A stretch of DNA of 58,290 bases from Rubrivivax sp. (GCA_044506225.1 JBIQKU010000001.1:1-58290); one strand, 5' to 3'; positions 1 to 9,303 are shown, counted from the first letter of the stretch. The notes: generated by a model from the letters alone, not told the origin. Program-made: numbers and translations.

Positions 1-390
1 TTCGACAAGCTCAGCACGAACGGGTTGGTGGGACGAGCGCTTCGATACCTCAGCGAACGGGCGTTTGCGGGGGAGCGCTTCGACAAACTCTGCCCCGAAC
101 GAGTCCGGGGCAATGGGTCCGGGCGAAGAGCGCTTCGACAGGCTCAGCGCGAACGGATTTTCATGATCTGCGTGCTTCGACAAGCTCAGCACGAGCGGGG
201 CTTTGGTGACGAGCGCTTCGATACCTCAACCCCTTCGACAGGCTCAGGATGATCGGCGGGCTTCGATACCTCAGCCCGCACGGGATGTGACGGGCGAGCG
301 CTTCGATGCCTCAGCACGAACGGCATGCTCGGGCAAGTGCGCCCTGCCTCAACCCGAACCGGCTCGGCCCCTCACCGCGAACGGCCCGCC
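1..390. repeat. Array of degenerate tandem REP-like repeats (unit ~37-45 bp, core CTTCGA[CT]A.GCTCAGC.CGAACGG)
   Basis: Core copies begin at 1 (partial), 40, 78, 133, 175, 216, 233, 261, 301, with decayed half-copies to ~390. ORFs 25..252 and 203..547 only translate the repeat. Confidence 0.8.
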
Positions 391-1058
391 GCGGCGGCCC
401 CATCCGGCAGCTCAGACGCGGAACTGGCGTCACCCGACATGGCCGCCCCGCCCTCCCCCCACCGCAACGCCCGCCTCACCGCCACCACCCCCAAAGCCAC
501 CGCCAGCACGATCAGCCCGATCCCGGTCCAGCGCTGGTCGTCGATGAGGTAGCTCACGCACAGCCGTGCCGGCGTGTCGAGGTAGAGCATGCCGGCCGTG
601 GCCGACATCCAGCTCAGGTTGCCGACGAAGAAGAGCAGCAGCTCCGGGTCCATGCGGCGCCAGCTGCCGGCGTGCACGGCGCCGGCCAGCCACCAGCTGG
701 CGTACTTCGCCGCGGCCATTGGCGCGGAGAGCAGCGCCGCGTCGATGGACGAAGGCAGCATCCAGAAGATCGCCACGCAGGAGACGAAGGCGGCACCACT
801 CCAGCCGCGCCAGTCGAGCAGCGCGAGCGCCCGGAACCGATGGCCGGACAGCCGGTGAGCCGCCCACCCGGCCGCGAAGAGCAGCGGCCATTCGAGCAGC
901 ATGTGCAGCAGCATGCGGCTTTCGATGCTGTGGCGAAACGCAGGCCACAGCAGCGCCAGCGGCAGCAGCGCGAGCAGCCACCAGGCGCCGCGGCGTACCG
1001 CCTGGCGATTCAGCACTCGCGTCGGCGCCTGCCATGCCGCGTGCATCGCCGCCCTCAT
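372..1058 (-). CDS. CtaG-like (Caa3_CtaG-type) cytochrome oxidase assembly membrane protein
   Basis: Last 228 codons of ORF 372..1673. Polytopic hydrophobic protein (WWLLALLPLALLWPAF, FWMLPSSIDAALL). ATG at 1058 overlaps the SCO1 stop (ATGA). Family assigned from topology, motif memory and context. Confidence 0.55.
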   Translation of the reverse strand: MRAAMHAAWQAPTRVLNRQAVRRGAWWLLALLPLALLWPAFRHSIESRMLLHMLLEWPLLFAAGWAAHRLSGHRFRALALLDWRGWSGAAFVSCVAIFWMLPSSIDAALLSAPMAAAKYASWWLAGAVHAGSWRRMDPELLLFFVGNLSWMSATAGMLYLDTPARLCVSYLIDDQRWTGIGLIVLAVALGVVAVRRALRWGEGGAAMSGDASSASELPDGAAAAGRSR

Positions 1059-1729
1059 CGCCGCGCCTCGCGCCTTGTCGCCGCCAGGTGTTCGGCGGCG
1101 GTCAGCGCCTGCTGCCATTCGTCGAGTTCGTACAGGCCGTGCAGCCGCCCGCGTTCGTCCAGCAGGTGGATGGCGCCGTTGTGCACATAGCCGCCGAAGC
1201 CGTCGGGAATCACCACCACGCCCAGCGATTGCAGCAGGCTGCGGGTCTCGGCCTCGCTCGTCGGCGCGGCAATGGTCCAGCGCGCCGGGTCGGCCTGGTA
1301 GGTGCGGCCGTACAGCCGCAGGCTGGCGGCATCGTCGTTGGCGATGTCGAAGGAGACGGACAGCAGCTGCACACCCTCGTTGCCGCGTTCGGCGAGCTGC
1401 GCCTGCATCTGCTGGTACTCGCTGCCGAGCACCCGGCACACGGTGGGGCAACGCGTGTAGATGAAGTCGACGAGGTAGGCACCGGGCGGCGGCTGGCTGC
1501 CCGGCTGCCAGGGCGTCGGCACGGTGGCGTCTGCGGTGCGCAGGCTGGCGGGCGCGGCGTGCAGCGTGCCGGCGGCGATCTGCGCACGGCGCTGGCCTTC
1601 GAAGGTCCAGACCTCGAAGCCCTGCGTCTGCTTCGTGACCAGCCAGGCGAAGCCGACGAGCAGGCCCACGCACAAGGCGGCGCTCAGCCGCCGTGACCAG
1701 CGGGAGGCGGCCGGGGCGTGCGCTTCCAC
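1055..1729 (-). CDS. SCO1/SenC family copper chaperone (thioredoxin fold)
   Basis: Last 224 codons of ORF 1055..2251. N-terminal TM helix, CPTVC (CxxxC) motif, conserved downstream His (YVHNGAIHLLD). GTG at 1729 lies 3 nt after the stop of the upstream cytochrome c gene. Confidence 0.8.
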   Translation of the reverse strand: MEAHAPAASRWSRRLSAALCVGLLVGFAWLVTKQTQGFEVWTFEGQRRAQIAAGTLHAAPASLRTADATVPTPWQPGSQPPPGAYLVDFIYTRCPTVCRVLGSEYQQMQAQLAERGNEGVQLLSVSFDIANDDAASLRLYGRTYQADPARWTIAAPTSEAETRSLLQSLGVVVIPDGFGGYVHNGAIHLLDERGRLHGLYELDEWQQALTAAEHLAATRREARR

Positions 1730-1731
1730 GG

Positions 1732-2325
1732 CTACTGGTGCGAGGCGAGCTCGACGTCGCCGTTGTAGGGTTTGCTGCGATCGGCGGTTTCCGCGCGCAC
1801 TGCGGCCACTGCGTCGGCGGTCACCGGCTCGGCGGCGTTGCCCCATTGGCCGCGGATGTGCGTGAGCAGCGCGGCCATTTCGTCGTCGCTCAGCTGCGCG
1901 GCAAAGGCCGGCATCACGCCGTTGTAGGTGTGGCCCTTGACGGTCAGCGGTCCTTCGACGCCATGCAGCACCACCGCCGTCAGCGTGCGTGCGCTGCCCA
2001 CCACCCATTCCGAGCCCGCCAGCGGCGGGAACACGCCGGGCAGGCCGTTGCCGTTGGCCTGGTGGCAGGCCGCGCAGCGCGAGGCGTAGACCGCGGCGCC
2101 GTCGATCGCACCGCCGGCCGCCGGCGGTGCGCCCTGCAGCTCGGCCAGGCTGCGGCCGTCGCCGACAGCGGGCGCCTGGTCCAGCGAGGTACCGGCGATG
2201 TAGATGACACCGAAGGCCAGCAGCAGCGCGGTCAGCACGATGACGAACCACGGCATCGGGTTCGGCGCCTCGTGCGGCTCGGGGTTCTCGCGCTTTTGCG
2301 GCGGCAGGATGCGGGGCGTGTTCAT
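1732..2325 (-). CDS. Membrane-anchored monoheme c-type cytochrome, in the position normally held by diheme CcoP
   Basis: Last 197 codons of ORF 1732..2613. One TM helix (PWFVIVLTALLLAFGVIYIA) and a single CAACH heme site. GGGAG Shine-Dalgarno before ATG 2325. Confidence 0.8.
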   Translation of the reverse strand: MNTPRILPPQKRENPEPHEAPNPMPWFVIVLTALLLAFGVIYIAGTSLDQAPAVGDGRSLAELQGAPPAAGGAIDGAAVYASRCAACHQANGNGLPGVFPPLAGSEWVVGSARTLTAVVLHGVEGPLTVKGHTYNGVMPAFAAQLSDDEMAALLTHIRGQWGNAAEPVTADAVAAVRAETADRSKPYNGDVELASHQ

Positions 2326-2339
2326 CGCGGACTCCCGGT

Positions 2340-2963
2340 TCAGCGCGCGGCCGTGGTGGCGACGGACGACGCGGCCGCCGCCGGCGCCGGCAGGGCGGCG
2401 AAGCTGCGGTCCAGCGACTGCAGGTACTTCACCAGGTCCACCGCCTCGGGGCGGGCCACCACCACCTTGCCGGCAGGCGTGAAGCCGTCGGGCAGGTGCA
2501 CGACGAGCTCGTCCTTGTCGGCCGCGGGCTTCACCTCGAAGAGGTAGGGGTAGCTCGGCATGATGCTGCCCGGCACGTAGGCCCGCGGCTGGTACAGGTG
2601 GCCGAGGTGCCATTGCTCGCTCGGCTGGCGCACGCCGATGTTCATGAGGTCGGGCCCCGTGCGCATGGTGCCCAGCAGGTGCGGTGCGTCGTAGGCGTAG
2701 TCGCCGGCCACCGTGGCGCGGCCCCAGCCGCGCTCGAAGTCGGCCGGCGCGAAGCCCTTGGCACGTGGCTGCTGCGTGTGGCAGTAGACGCAGCCGTTGG
2801 CGATGTAGACCTCGCGCCCGCGCAGCTCCGCGCTGGTGTAGGGCTCGAGCCCGGGCGTCGGCTGCACATGCCGCACCTGCAGATAGGGCAGCACCACCAG
2901 GGCGCTGGCCGACAGCGCGAGCATCACCATCGCGCCGGAAATGAGCTTGACTTCACTCTTCAT
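2340..2963 (-). CDS. ccoO: cbb3-type cytochrome c oxidase subunit II (FixO/CcoO)
   Basis: Last 207 codons of ORF 2340..3269. N-terminal TM anchor, CVYCH heme site, conserved GPDL and YPYLF blocks typical of CcoO. ATG 2963 overlaps the ccoN stop (ATGA). Confidence 0.9.
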   Translation of the reverse strand: MKSEVKLISGAMVMLALSASALVVLPYLQVRHVQPTPGLEPYTSAELRGREVYIANGCVYCHTQQPRAKGFAPADFERGWGRATVAGDYAYDAPHLLGTMRTGPDLMNIGVRQPSEQWHLGHLYQPRAYVPGSIMPSYPYLFEVKPAADKDELVVHLPDGFTPAGKVVVARPEAVDLVKYLQSLDRSFAALPAPAAAASSVATTAAR

Positions 2964-4606
2964 TGCGCCGCCTCCACGCGGGCGCCACGCACGAACAGTG
3001 CGGGGCGGGCGCGCTGCGGGCCCAGCCCCAGCGCCATGGCCACGAAGTGCCACGCGAACACCAGGTGGCCGGCCACCATCAGTGCGCCGCCGATGCTGCG
3101 GCCCTTGAGCCACGGCAGGGTGACGTTCACCGAATCCATGAAGGGCCGTGCCGCATCCAGCATCGCCTCGCCCTGCAGCCAGCCGCCGATGGTCAGCGTC
3201 CAGAAGTAGACCGCGATGCCGATGGTCACCAGCCAGAAGTGCGCCGAGATGAGCCGCGGGAAGGGCCACTCACGCGCGATGATGCGCGGCATCACGAAGT
3301 ACATCGCGCCGAAGAACACCAGGCTGACGAAGCCGTACAGCCCCAGGTGCGCATGGCCCACGGTGTAGTGCGTGAAATGCGCGACCAGGTTGACGCTGCG
3401 CAGTGCCTCGAGCGAGCCCTGCACCGAACTGGCCGTGTACATCAACCCGCCGATGCCCACGAAGCGAAGCGTGGGCGAATCGCGCAGCGCGGCCAGCCGC
3501 CCCTTGAGCGTCTGGTACATGTTCACGCTGAACGCGGCCACCGGAATGATCATCATCATGCTCTGCACGATGGACAGCGTGACCATCCACTCCGGCACCG
3601 GCCCGCCGATCAGGTGGTGGCCGCCCACCTGGCCGTAGAAGAACGCGAGGCCCCAGAAGCCCAGCAGCGACAGGTTGTACGACTGCACCGGCCGCCCGAT
3701 CACCTTGGGCAGGAAGTAGTAGACCGAGGCGAGCGCGAGCGGCGTGAAGAACAGGCCCAGCACGTTGTGGCCGAACCACCAGTTCATCGCCGCCTGCTGC
3801 ACGCCGGCATGCAGGCCGGGGATCTTGGCGACGATGAACAGCACCGGCAGCCAGAACAGCGCGCAGCCCATGTACCAGACCGACACGTAGAGGTGCTCCA
3901 CGCGCCGGTTCACCAGCGTCATCACCAGTGGCGCGGCGATGAGCGCACCGCCCGCGGCGAAGAGGATGCCGACCTGCCAGGGAATCTCCAGCCACTCGAG
4001 GCCGTCGTTCACGCCGGCGGCGATGGTGCCCAGGCCGGCGATCAGCGCCGCGTTCCACAGCACGCCGCCCACGAAGGCATAGCGCGCGCCCATCAGCGGT
4101 GTCTTCAGCAGCCGCGGAATGATGAAGAGCGCGATGCCCAGGCCCGCCATCGGCGCCCAGCCGTAGGCCACCGCATTCAGATGCAGCGTGCGGATGCGCC
4201 CGAAGGTCAGCCAGGCCTGCTGCACCAGCCAGTCCGGCTCGTGCAGCTTGATGGAGGCGGTGAGCCCCGCGGCCGATGCGACCAGCAGCCAGACGATGGC
4301 GCTGGCGAAGAAGAAGAACACCACCGGGCGGGTGGAGGCGTCGGCATCGGCGCGCTTGTCCAGTTCGTCGGCACCGGCATCGCTGCCGTCCGGGGCGCCC
4401 GCGGCGTCCATCGAGCTTTGCAGCGCACCCTGGCGCGCCGTGGTCGCGGCCGGCTCCTCGACGCGGCCGACTTCGCCGGGGGCAAAGATGATTTCCGCGC
4501 CCTTGCTGCTGCGGTCGAACAGCCCCGAGCGTTGCGACCAGATGAAGAACAGCAGCGCGACGAACGACAGGACGAACGCCGACAGCAGGATCGCAACCGT
4601 GCTCAC
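2960..4606 (-). CDS. ccoN: cbb3-type cytochrome c oxidase subunit I (CcoN) with an N-terminal CcoS/FixS-like segment
   Basis: ORF 2960..4606 (548 aa). WWFGHNVLG, HFTHYTVGHAHLG and 12+ helices match CcoN. The first ~45 aa (FFIWSQRSGLFD) resemble the CcoS maturation peptide. GTG start preceded by AGGAAG. Confidence 0.9.
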   Translation of the reverse strand: MSTVAILLSAFVLSFVALLFFIWSQRSGLFDRSSKGAEIIFAPGEVGRVEEPAATTARQGALQSSMDAAGAPDGSDAGADELDKRADADASTRPVVFFFFASAIVWLLVASAAGLTASIKLHEPDWLVQQAWLTFGRIRTLHLNAVAYGWAPMAGLGIALFIIPRLLKTPLMGARYAFVGGVLWNAALIAGLGTIAAGVNDGLEWLEIPWQVGILFAAGGALIAAPLVMTLVNRRVEHLYVSVWYMGCALFWLPVLFIVAKIPGLHAGVQQAAMNWWFGHNVLGLFFTPLALASVYYFLPKVIGRPVQSYNLSLLGFWGLAFFYGQVGGHHLIGGPVPEWMVTLSIVQSMMMIIPVAAFSVNMYQTLKGRLAALRDSPTLRFVGIGGLMYTASSVQGSLEALRSVNLVAHFTHYTVGHAHLGLYGFVSLVFFGAMYFVMPRIIAREWPFPRLISAHFWLVTIGIAVYFWTLTIGGWLQGEAMLDAARPFMDSVNVTLPWLKGRSIGGALMVAGHLVFAWHFVAMALGLGPQRARPALFVRGARVEAAQ

Positions 4607-4702
4607 GAGACTTCCTTTTCAAGGCGCTGCGCTGGGCGCTCGCGCGTCCAGGGCAACCATCACCACACAAGAGGGCCGGGCGGCCCGAGGCAGGGGGCGG
4701 AA

Positions 4703-5911
4703 TCAGCCGTCCTTGCCGTCCACGCGCGCGCGCATCAGCCACGGCGTGAAGATCCACAGGTACAGCGCGAAGGCCAAGCTCCAGGCAGCCGCGGCGGCGA
4801 CCAGGGCGGGCACGTACAGCATGTCACTCACGAGGGGCAGCAGCACGCGGATCGCGGCCGCCGCCATCACCAGCCCGTAGGCCAGCACCTCGGGCCGCGA
4901 GGCCTGCAGCATGCGGCCGGTGTGGCCGCGTGCGGTGCGCGTGATCATGCCGATGATGAGCCCGCCGGTGGCACCCACCGCCAGCGCATGCACGCCGGCC
5001 GACACTGGTACTAACCCTAGCTCAGAAAGGGAGAGCAGGCCCAGTCCAAGGGCAATCCATGCGTAGGCCAGGTGAAGAATCCACAGAATGGGCCGGCCAC
5101 CGGTCGTCCACGGCCCCCACTGCGCCTGACGCAGCAACTGCAGCACGGCGGCCGCGGCGAGCACGACGGCCGACAGCATGGCCCGGCCATCGCACACCCA
5201 CAGCAGCAGGCCCAGTCCCGTGGCGGCGAGCGCCGCTGCGTCGAGCCTGGGCCGCAGCGTCAGGGCGAGCCCGGGCGTCGCGTTGCGGGTGAAGGCCGGC
5301 ACCACGCGCCCGGCGATCACGCATTCGATCATCACGATCAGCGCAAGGCCGGCGTACAGCGGCTTCACGGGCGCGATGTCGACCGTGCCCATCACCGCCA
5401 GGTGGAACATCAGGTTGGCCACCGACAGCAGAATGAGGATGCCCACCAGCGGCAGGTTGCGCCGGTTCTTCGCGCGCACCAGCACATCACCGAACACCGC
5501 CGCGACGATGGGCAGCAGCACCACGTCGAGAAATGCGTAGACCGCATACGGTGCACCGAGCGCCGCAGCCCGCGCGGCCAGCCACAGCAGCGCGAGCGCC
5601 CCGAGGAAGGCGCCGCGCGGCGTGTCCAGCCCCGTCCACGCGCGCCCCGCGGTGAGCAGAAAGCCGATGATCACGGCCGTCGCAAAGCCGAACAACATCT
5701 CGTGCGCATGCCACAGCACCGGCGGCGCATTGGTGGCCACGCTCACCTGGCCGAGGAACATCGCCACCCACAGCGGCACCGACAACGCGCCCAGCAGCGC
5801 CGCGCACAGATAGAACGGACGGAAGCCGAGACGCAGCAGCGGCAGGCCGCGCGCACCGGACACAGGCTTTTCGGGCGGCTGCATGGCGGCGATGGGCAGT
5901 GTCGATTTCAT
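4703..5911 (-). CDS. nnrS: NnrS family heme/copper membrane protein (NO-stress associated)
   Basis: ORF 4703..5911 (402 aa). About 12 helices, with the RLGFRPFYL and LWHAHEMLFGF motifs characteristic of NnrS. Confidence 0.85.
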   Translation of the reverse strand: MKSTLPIAAMQPPEKPVSGARGLPLLRLGFRPFYLCAALLGALSVPLWVAMFLGQVSVATNAPPVLWHAHEMLFGFATAVIIGFLLTAGRAWTGLDTPRGAFLGALALLWLAARAAALGAPYAVYAFLDVVLLPIVAAVFGDVLVRAKNRRNLPLVGILILLSVANLMFHLAVMGTVDIAPVKPLYAGLALIVMIECVIAGRVVPAFTRNATPGLALTLRPRLDAAALAATGLGLLLWVCDGRAMLSAVVLAAAAVLQLLRQAQWGPWTTGGRPILWILHLAYAWIALGLGLLSLSELGLVPVSAGVHALAVGATGGLIIGMITRTARGHTGRMLQASRPEVLAYGLVMAAAAIRVLLPLVSDMLYVPALVAAAAAWSLAFALYLWIFTPWLMRARVDGKDG

Positions 5912-6212
5912 GGGGTTTCCGCTGTCCGTCTAAAGTTGCACTTTTCAAGCATCTTAAGTTTGCGGGTCCCGTCGGCGCAACCGCGGGGACATGCACGACG
6001 CCATCGGACGCGGCGGGTTTGACCCAGGTCAAAGTGAGCGCGCGCTGGGCTCGCGCAGTAGTGCACAGCGGCCGCGCTTTCGTGATGCATCTCGCGCTCG
6101 GGCTGAGCGTGCGCGCTTAGGCTGCGCCCGCGACGCGCCAGCAGTCGGTCCCGCGTCGTCGCAAACGGCATCGGAGGGATGCCGCCCACAACCTGAAGAA
6201 AAAGGACAGACC

Positions 6213-7154
6213 ATGTCACGCTCACGTTCCATCTCCATCGCCACCACCCTTGCCGCGGCCGCGGCACTGACCGCCTGCGGAGGAGGCGGCGGTGGCGACG
6301 ACACCGCGACCCGGCTGCCCGCGAGCGCTGCCGAGGTCACCGGCGACTTCGACAGCAGCAACTACGCGGAGGTGGCCGCGGGCGCGGCGACCACGCTCAC
6401 GCCGACCGGCGCGCTGGCCAACATGGGCGTGTCGGTGCTGGCGCAAGCCGCGTCCGTCACCGGCGACCGCGCCAGCGCCCTGGACGGCGAACAGCGACGC
6501 CGTGCGCTGCGCGTGCAGGCACAGGAGGTCTACCAGGACACCGAGTCCTGCCCCGGCGGCGGCAGCCTGAGCTACGTGATCAACGACGCCGACAACAACG
6601 ACGACTACTCGGCCGGCGACAGCTGGTCCGAGACCTACAGCAACTGCAACATCGGCGGCATGGTGCTCAACGGCACGGCGGGCGTCACCGTGCGCAGCGC
6701 GAGCAGCACCGGCATCGACGTCGCGGTGTCGATCAACCAGCTGAGCATCGGCGACGCCGTGCTGCACGGCACGGGTGGCCTGGTGTTTTCCGTCAGCGGC
6801 TCGCAGTACGCCGCCACGGTGACGTTCGCCAGCATGTCGCTCGCCGCAAGCGGCGCCGAGACGGTGACGCTCGGGCACACCACCTCGTTCAGCTACAACG
6901 AGATGACCGGGGTGTCGACGCTGGCGCTCGAGGGCCCGGTGCTGGTCGGCAGCGACTCCTTCTGGCTGGACCAGGCGGCATCCTTCACGCTGCCCGCCGG
7001 CAAGAACGTGCCGCGCTCGGGCGACCTGACCATCCTCGACAAGGACGGCGACCGGGTGGTGGTGGTCGGCACCGCGCAAGGCCTGCGCTACGACTTCTAC
7101 AAGAAGGGTTCGAACACGCCTGACGCCTCGCAGCTGGGCATCGCCGCCGACTGA
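6213..7154 (+). CDS. Hypothetical lipoprotein
   Basis: In-frame ATG 6213 inside ORF 5991..7154, preceded by AAAGGA. Signal peptide plus lipobox LTAC followed by a Gly run. No recognisable domain. Confidence 0.7.
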   Translation: MSRSRSISIATTLAAAAALTACGGGGGGDDTATRLPASAAEVTGDFDSSNYAEVAAGAATTLTPTGALANMGVSVLAQAASVTGDRASALDGEQRRRALRVQAQEVYQDTESCPGGGSLSYVINDADNNDDYSAGDSWSETYSNCNIGGMVLNGTAGVTVRSASSTGIDVAVSINQLSIGDAVLHGTGGLVFSVSGSQYAATVTFASMSLAASGAETVTLGHTTSFSYNEMTGVSTLALEGPVLVGSDSFWLDQAASFTLPAGKNVPRSGDLTILDKDGDRVVVVGTAQGLRYDFYKKGSNTPDASQLGIAAD

Positions 7155-7176
7155 GGCGGCCCCTTCGCCGGCAGAT

Positions 7177-8040
7177 TCAGCCGGCCCCGCGGGCGCGGGC
7201 GAACAGCACGTTCAGCTCGCCCTGCGGGATCTGTCCGTCGGCATAGCCCACCGTGCCGCGTTCGCGCAGCTCGCGGGCGGCTTGCCGCACCAGGCCCAGC
7301 GCCGCGCGGGCGATGGAGCCGCCGACGCTGATGCGCCGGATGCCGGCGTCGATCAGGTCGCGGGCGTTCGAGCCCGCTTCGTTCAGCCCGACGACAAGGT
7401 TGACCGGCCCGGCGATCTCGCGCGCCAGCACCTGGGCGCGTGCCACGTCGCTCACACCGGGCACGAACACGCAGTCGGCGCCGGCCTCGAGGTAGCGGTT
7501 GCCGCGCCGGATGGCGTGCTGCATCGCCGCCTCGCCCCCTTGCTGGAACACATCGGTGCGCGCGTTCAGCACGAAGCTCGCGCCGGTGGCCGCGATGGCG
7601 GCGCGTGCGGCGGCAATGCGCTCGGCGGCCGCGTCTTCATCGAACAGGTGGCCGGTGGCCGGGTCCGCATCCTCGATGTTGCAGCCGACGGCGCCCGCGT
7701 CGATCACCAGGCGCACGCTCTCGCCCACCTCGGCCGGGGTCTCGCCGTAGCCGGCCTCGAGGTCGGCAGTCACCGGGATGGTGACGGCCACGGCGATGCG
7801 GCGCACGGCCGCCAGCATCTCGTCGCGGCTCACCGCCAGCGCGGGGTTGCCGACGTTGTAGTCAGGCTTGCCGAGCGAGAACGCGATGCCGGCGCTGGTC
7901 GTCGCGATTGCGGCGAAACCTTCGTTCGCCAGCACGATGGCGCTGCCCGCATCCCAGGCATTGGGCAGGATGAAGCCCCGCTCGGCGCGGTGCATCTGGA
8001 GAAAGCTGCGGCCCTTGTCGGCGCTGGCCGGCGTGTTCAT
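7177..8040 (-). CDS. Isocitrate lyase / PEP mutase superfamily enzyme (2-methylisocitrate lyase or phosphorylmutase-like)
   Basis: ORF 7177..8079 trimmed to MNTPAS. Motifs PNAWDAGSA, TSAG, VTADLEAGYG and NIED are typical of the ICL/PEPM fold. Confidence 0.8.
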   Translation of the reverse strand: MNTPASADKGRSFLQMHRAERGFILPNAWDAGSAIVLANEGFAAIATTSAGIAFSLGKPDYNVGNPALAVSRDEMLAAVRRIAVAVTIPVTADLEAGYGETPAEVGESVRLVIDAGAVGCNIEDADPATGHLFDEDAAAERIAAARAAIAATGASFVLNARTDVFQQGGEAAMQHAIRRGNRYLEAGADCVFVPGVSDVARAQVLAREIAGPVNLVVGLNEAGSNARDLIDAGIRRISVGGSIARAALGLVRQAARELRERGTVGYADGQIPQGELNVLFARARGAG

Positions 8041-8140
8041 GGTTGAGGCTCCGAAAGTGCTGGAGGTGCGATCGTGCAAGCCGCCACCCTGTGCGTCAAA
8101 CGAATCGTTCTTCCTTGATGCATCGGCTGGCCCTGCGCCG

Positions 8141-8572
8141 CTAGCCGCCCGTGAGCATGGCCTTGTCGCCCGCCAGGCGCCGCCCCATCGCCTGCTTCAA
8201 GGCCTGGAGCCCGCTGGCCGGGCGCACCATGACCTCGAACTCGGCGATCCGGCCGTGCGCATCGAAGCGGATGAAGTCCGCACCCTTGAGCGCCTTGCCC
8301 CCGATCTCGGCGCTGAACTCGAGCACCACGTTCAGGCCGTCGTCGCTGGCGAACTCGCGGTGGTAGCGAAAGTTCTCGAACACCGTGTTCACCGTGGTGA
8401 GCACCAGCGCGATCGCCTGGCGCCCCGGATAGGGCGTGTGGGCGACCGGCGAGCGAAACACCACGTCGTCGGCGAGCAGCGGATCGAGGTCGGCCGCTGA
8501 GTTGCTTTGCAGATAGCGGTGCCAGCCTTCGAGGGTGGCACGAACGGCGGGGGCGAGTCGGGTGGCATCCAT
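8141..8572 (-). CDS. NTF2-like (SnoaL-type) small protein
   Basis: ORF 8141..8572 (143 aa). Size and pattern (W..Y....D...L..LLADDVVF.SP) are typical of the nuclear transport factor 2 family. Confidence 0.6.
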   Translation of the reverse strand: MDATRLAPAVRATLEGWHRYLQSNSAADLDPLLADDVVFRSPVAHTPYPGRQAIALVLTTVNTVFENFRYHREFASDDGLNVVLEFSAEIGGKALKGADFIRFDAHGRIAEFEVMVRPASGLQALKQAMGRRLAGDKAMLTGG

Positions 8573-8628
8573 GGCGGCGCTCGGTGGCTGGAACGGTGCG
8601 AAGCCGCAAGCCTAAGCCTTCGCGCGGC

Positions 8629-9228
8629 TCAACGCCGTCGCGCACGCGGCGCGGCATCGAGCACCGCGTCGATCAGGCCGAGCACGGCGTCTTCCACGCC
8701 CTTTCGCGGCGCGCCGAGCGACACGTCCAGCGCCGCCCGGTCGAAGGCCGCCGACACCAGGCTCACGACGAAGGGCAGCGCGCGCGCACGCCCAGGCAGT
8801 GCCTGCGCCAGGCCTTCGGCCAAGGTCGCGCCGGCATGGGCCGCGTCCATGGCGCGCATCTCGGCCGGGCCCAGCACCGTCGGCCCCTCGATCAGCAGCA
8901 GCCGGGTGCGCCCGGGCACGGCCATGGCGCCCAGGTAGGCGAGCGCACCGCGGTGCAAGGCCTCGCGCGCCGGCGCATCCGGCGCGGACGACGCGCGTAT
9001 CGCCTGCGCGACCTGCGCCGACTCCTCCAGCAGCACCGCACGGAACAGCTCGCGCTTGTCGGCGAAGTGGTGGTAGAGGGCGCCGCGCGTCATGCCCGTC
9101 GCCTCGCAGATCTGCGGCGTGCCGGTGTCGGCGTACCCGTGTTCGACGAAGAGTTCGCGCGCGGCGCCGACGAGCGCCTGCCGCGTGGCCACCGCACGCG
9201 CCTGGGGAGTCCGGTTCATGGTCGCCAT
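8629..9228 (-). CDS. TetR/AcrR family transcriptional regulator
   Basis: ORF 8629..9270 trimmed to MATMNRT. N-terminal HTH (ARELFVEHGYADTGTPQICEATGMTRGALYHHFADK). Confidence 0.9.
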   Translation of the reverse strand: MATMNRTPQARAVATRQALVGAARELFVEHGYADTGTPQICEATGMTRGALYHHFADKRELFRAVLLEESAQVAQAIRASSAPDAPAREALHRGALAYLGAMAVPGRTRLLLIEGPTVLGPAEMRAMDAAHAGATLAEGLAQALPGRARALPFVVSLVSAAFDRAALDVSLGAPRKGVEDAVLGLIDAVLDAAPRARRR

Positions 9229-9240
9229 GGTCGTGTTGAA

Positions 9241-9290
9241 AACATGCAGGCTGCATGTTAGTCTCCACAAAACATGCAGCCTGCATGTTT
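9241..9290. promoter_or_regulatory. Two near-identical palindromic operators in the divergent TetR/VOC promoter region
   Basis: AACATGCAGgCTGCATGTT at 9241-9259 and AAACATGCAGcCTGCATGTTT at 9270-9290, between TetR start 9228 and VOC start 9304. Confidence 0.75.
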
Positions 9291-9303
9291 AAGGAGCCAC
9301 TCG

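Noticed and set aside
1-390. Possible CRISPR array
   Set aside because: The repeats are degenerate, the period varies from 17 to 55 bp, the 'spacers' are short and partly repeat-derived, and there are no cas genes.
2963-5014. 683-aa plus-strand ORF antisense to ccoN and the nnrS 3' end
   Set aside because: The product is Arg/His/Gln-rich and low-complexity. It lies entirely opposite genes with clear family motifs, which is a typical high-GC antisense artefact.
5936-5948. FNR/Dnr-type box upstream of nnrS (TTGCACTTTTCAA)
   Set aside because: The spacing is TTG-N7-CAA instead of TTGAT-N4-ATCAA (N8 between TTG and CAA), and the half-sites are poor.
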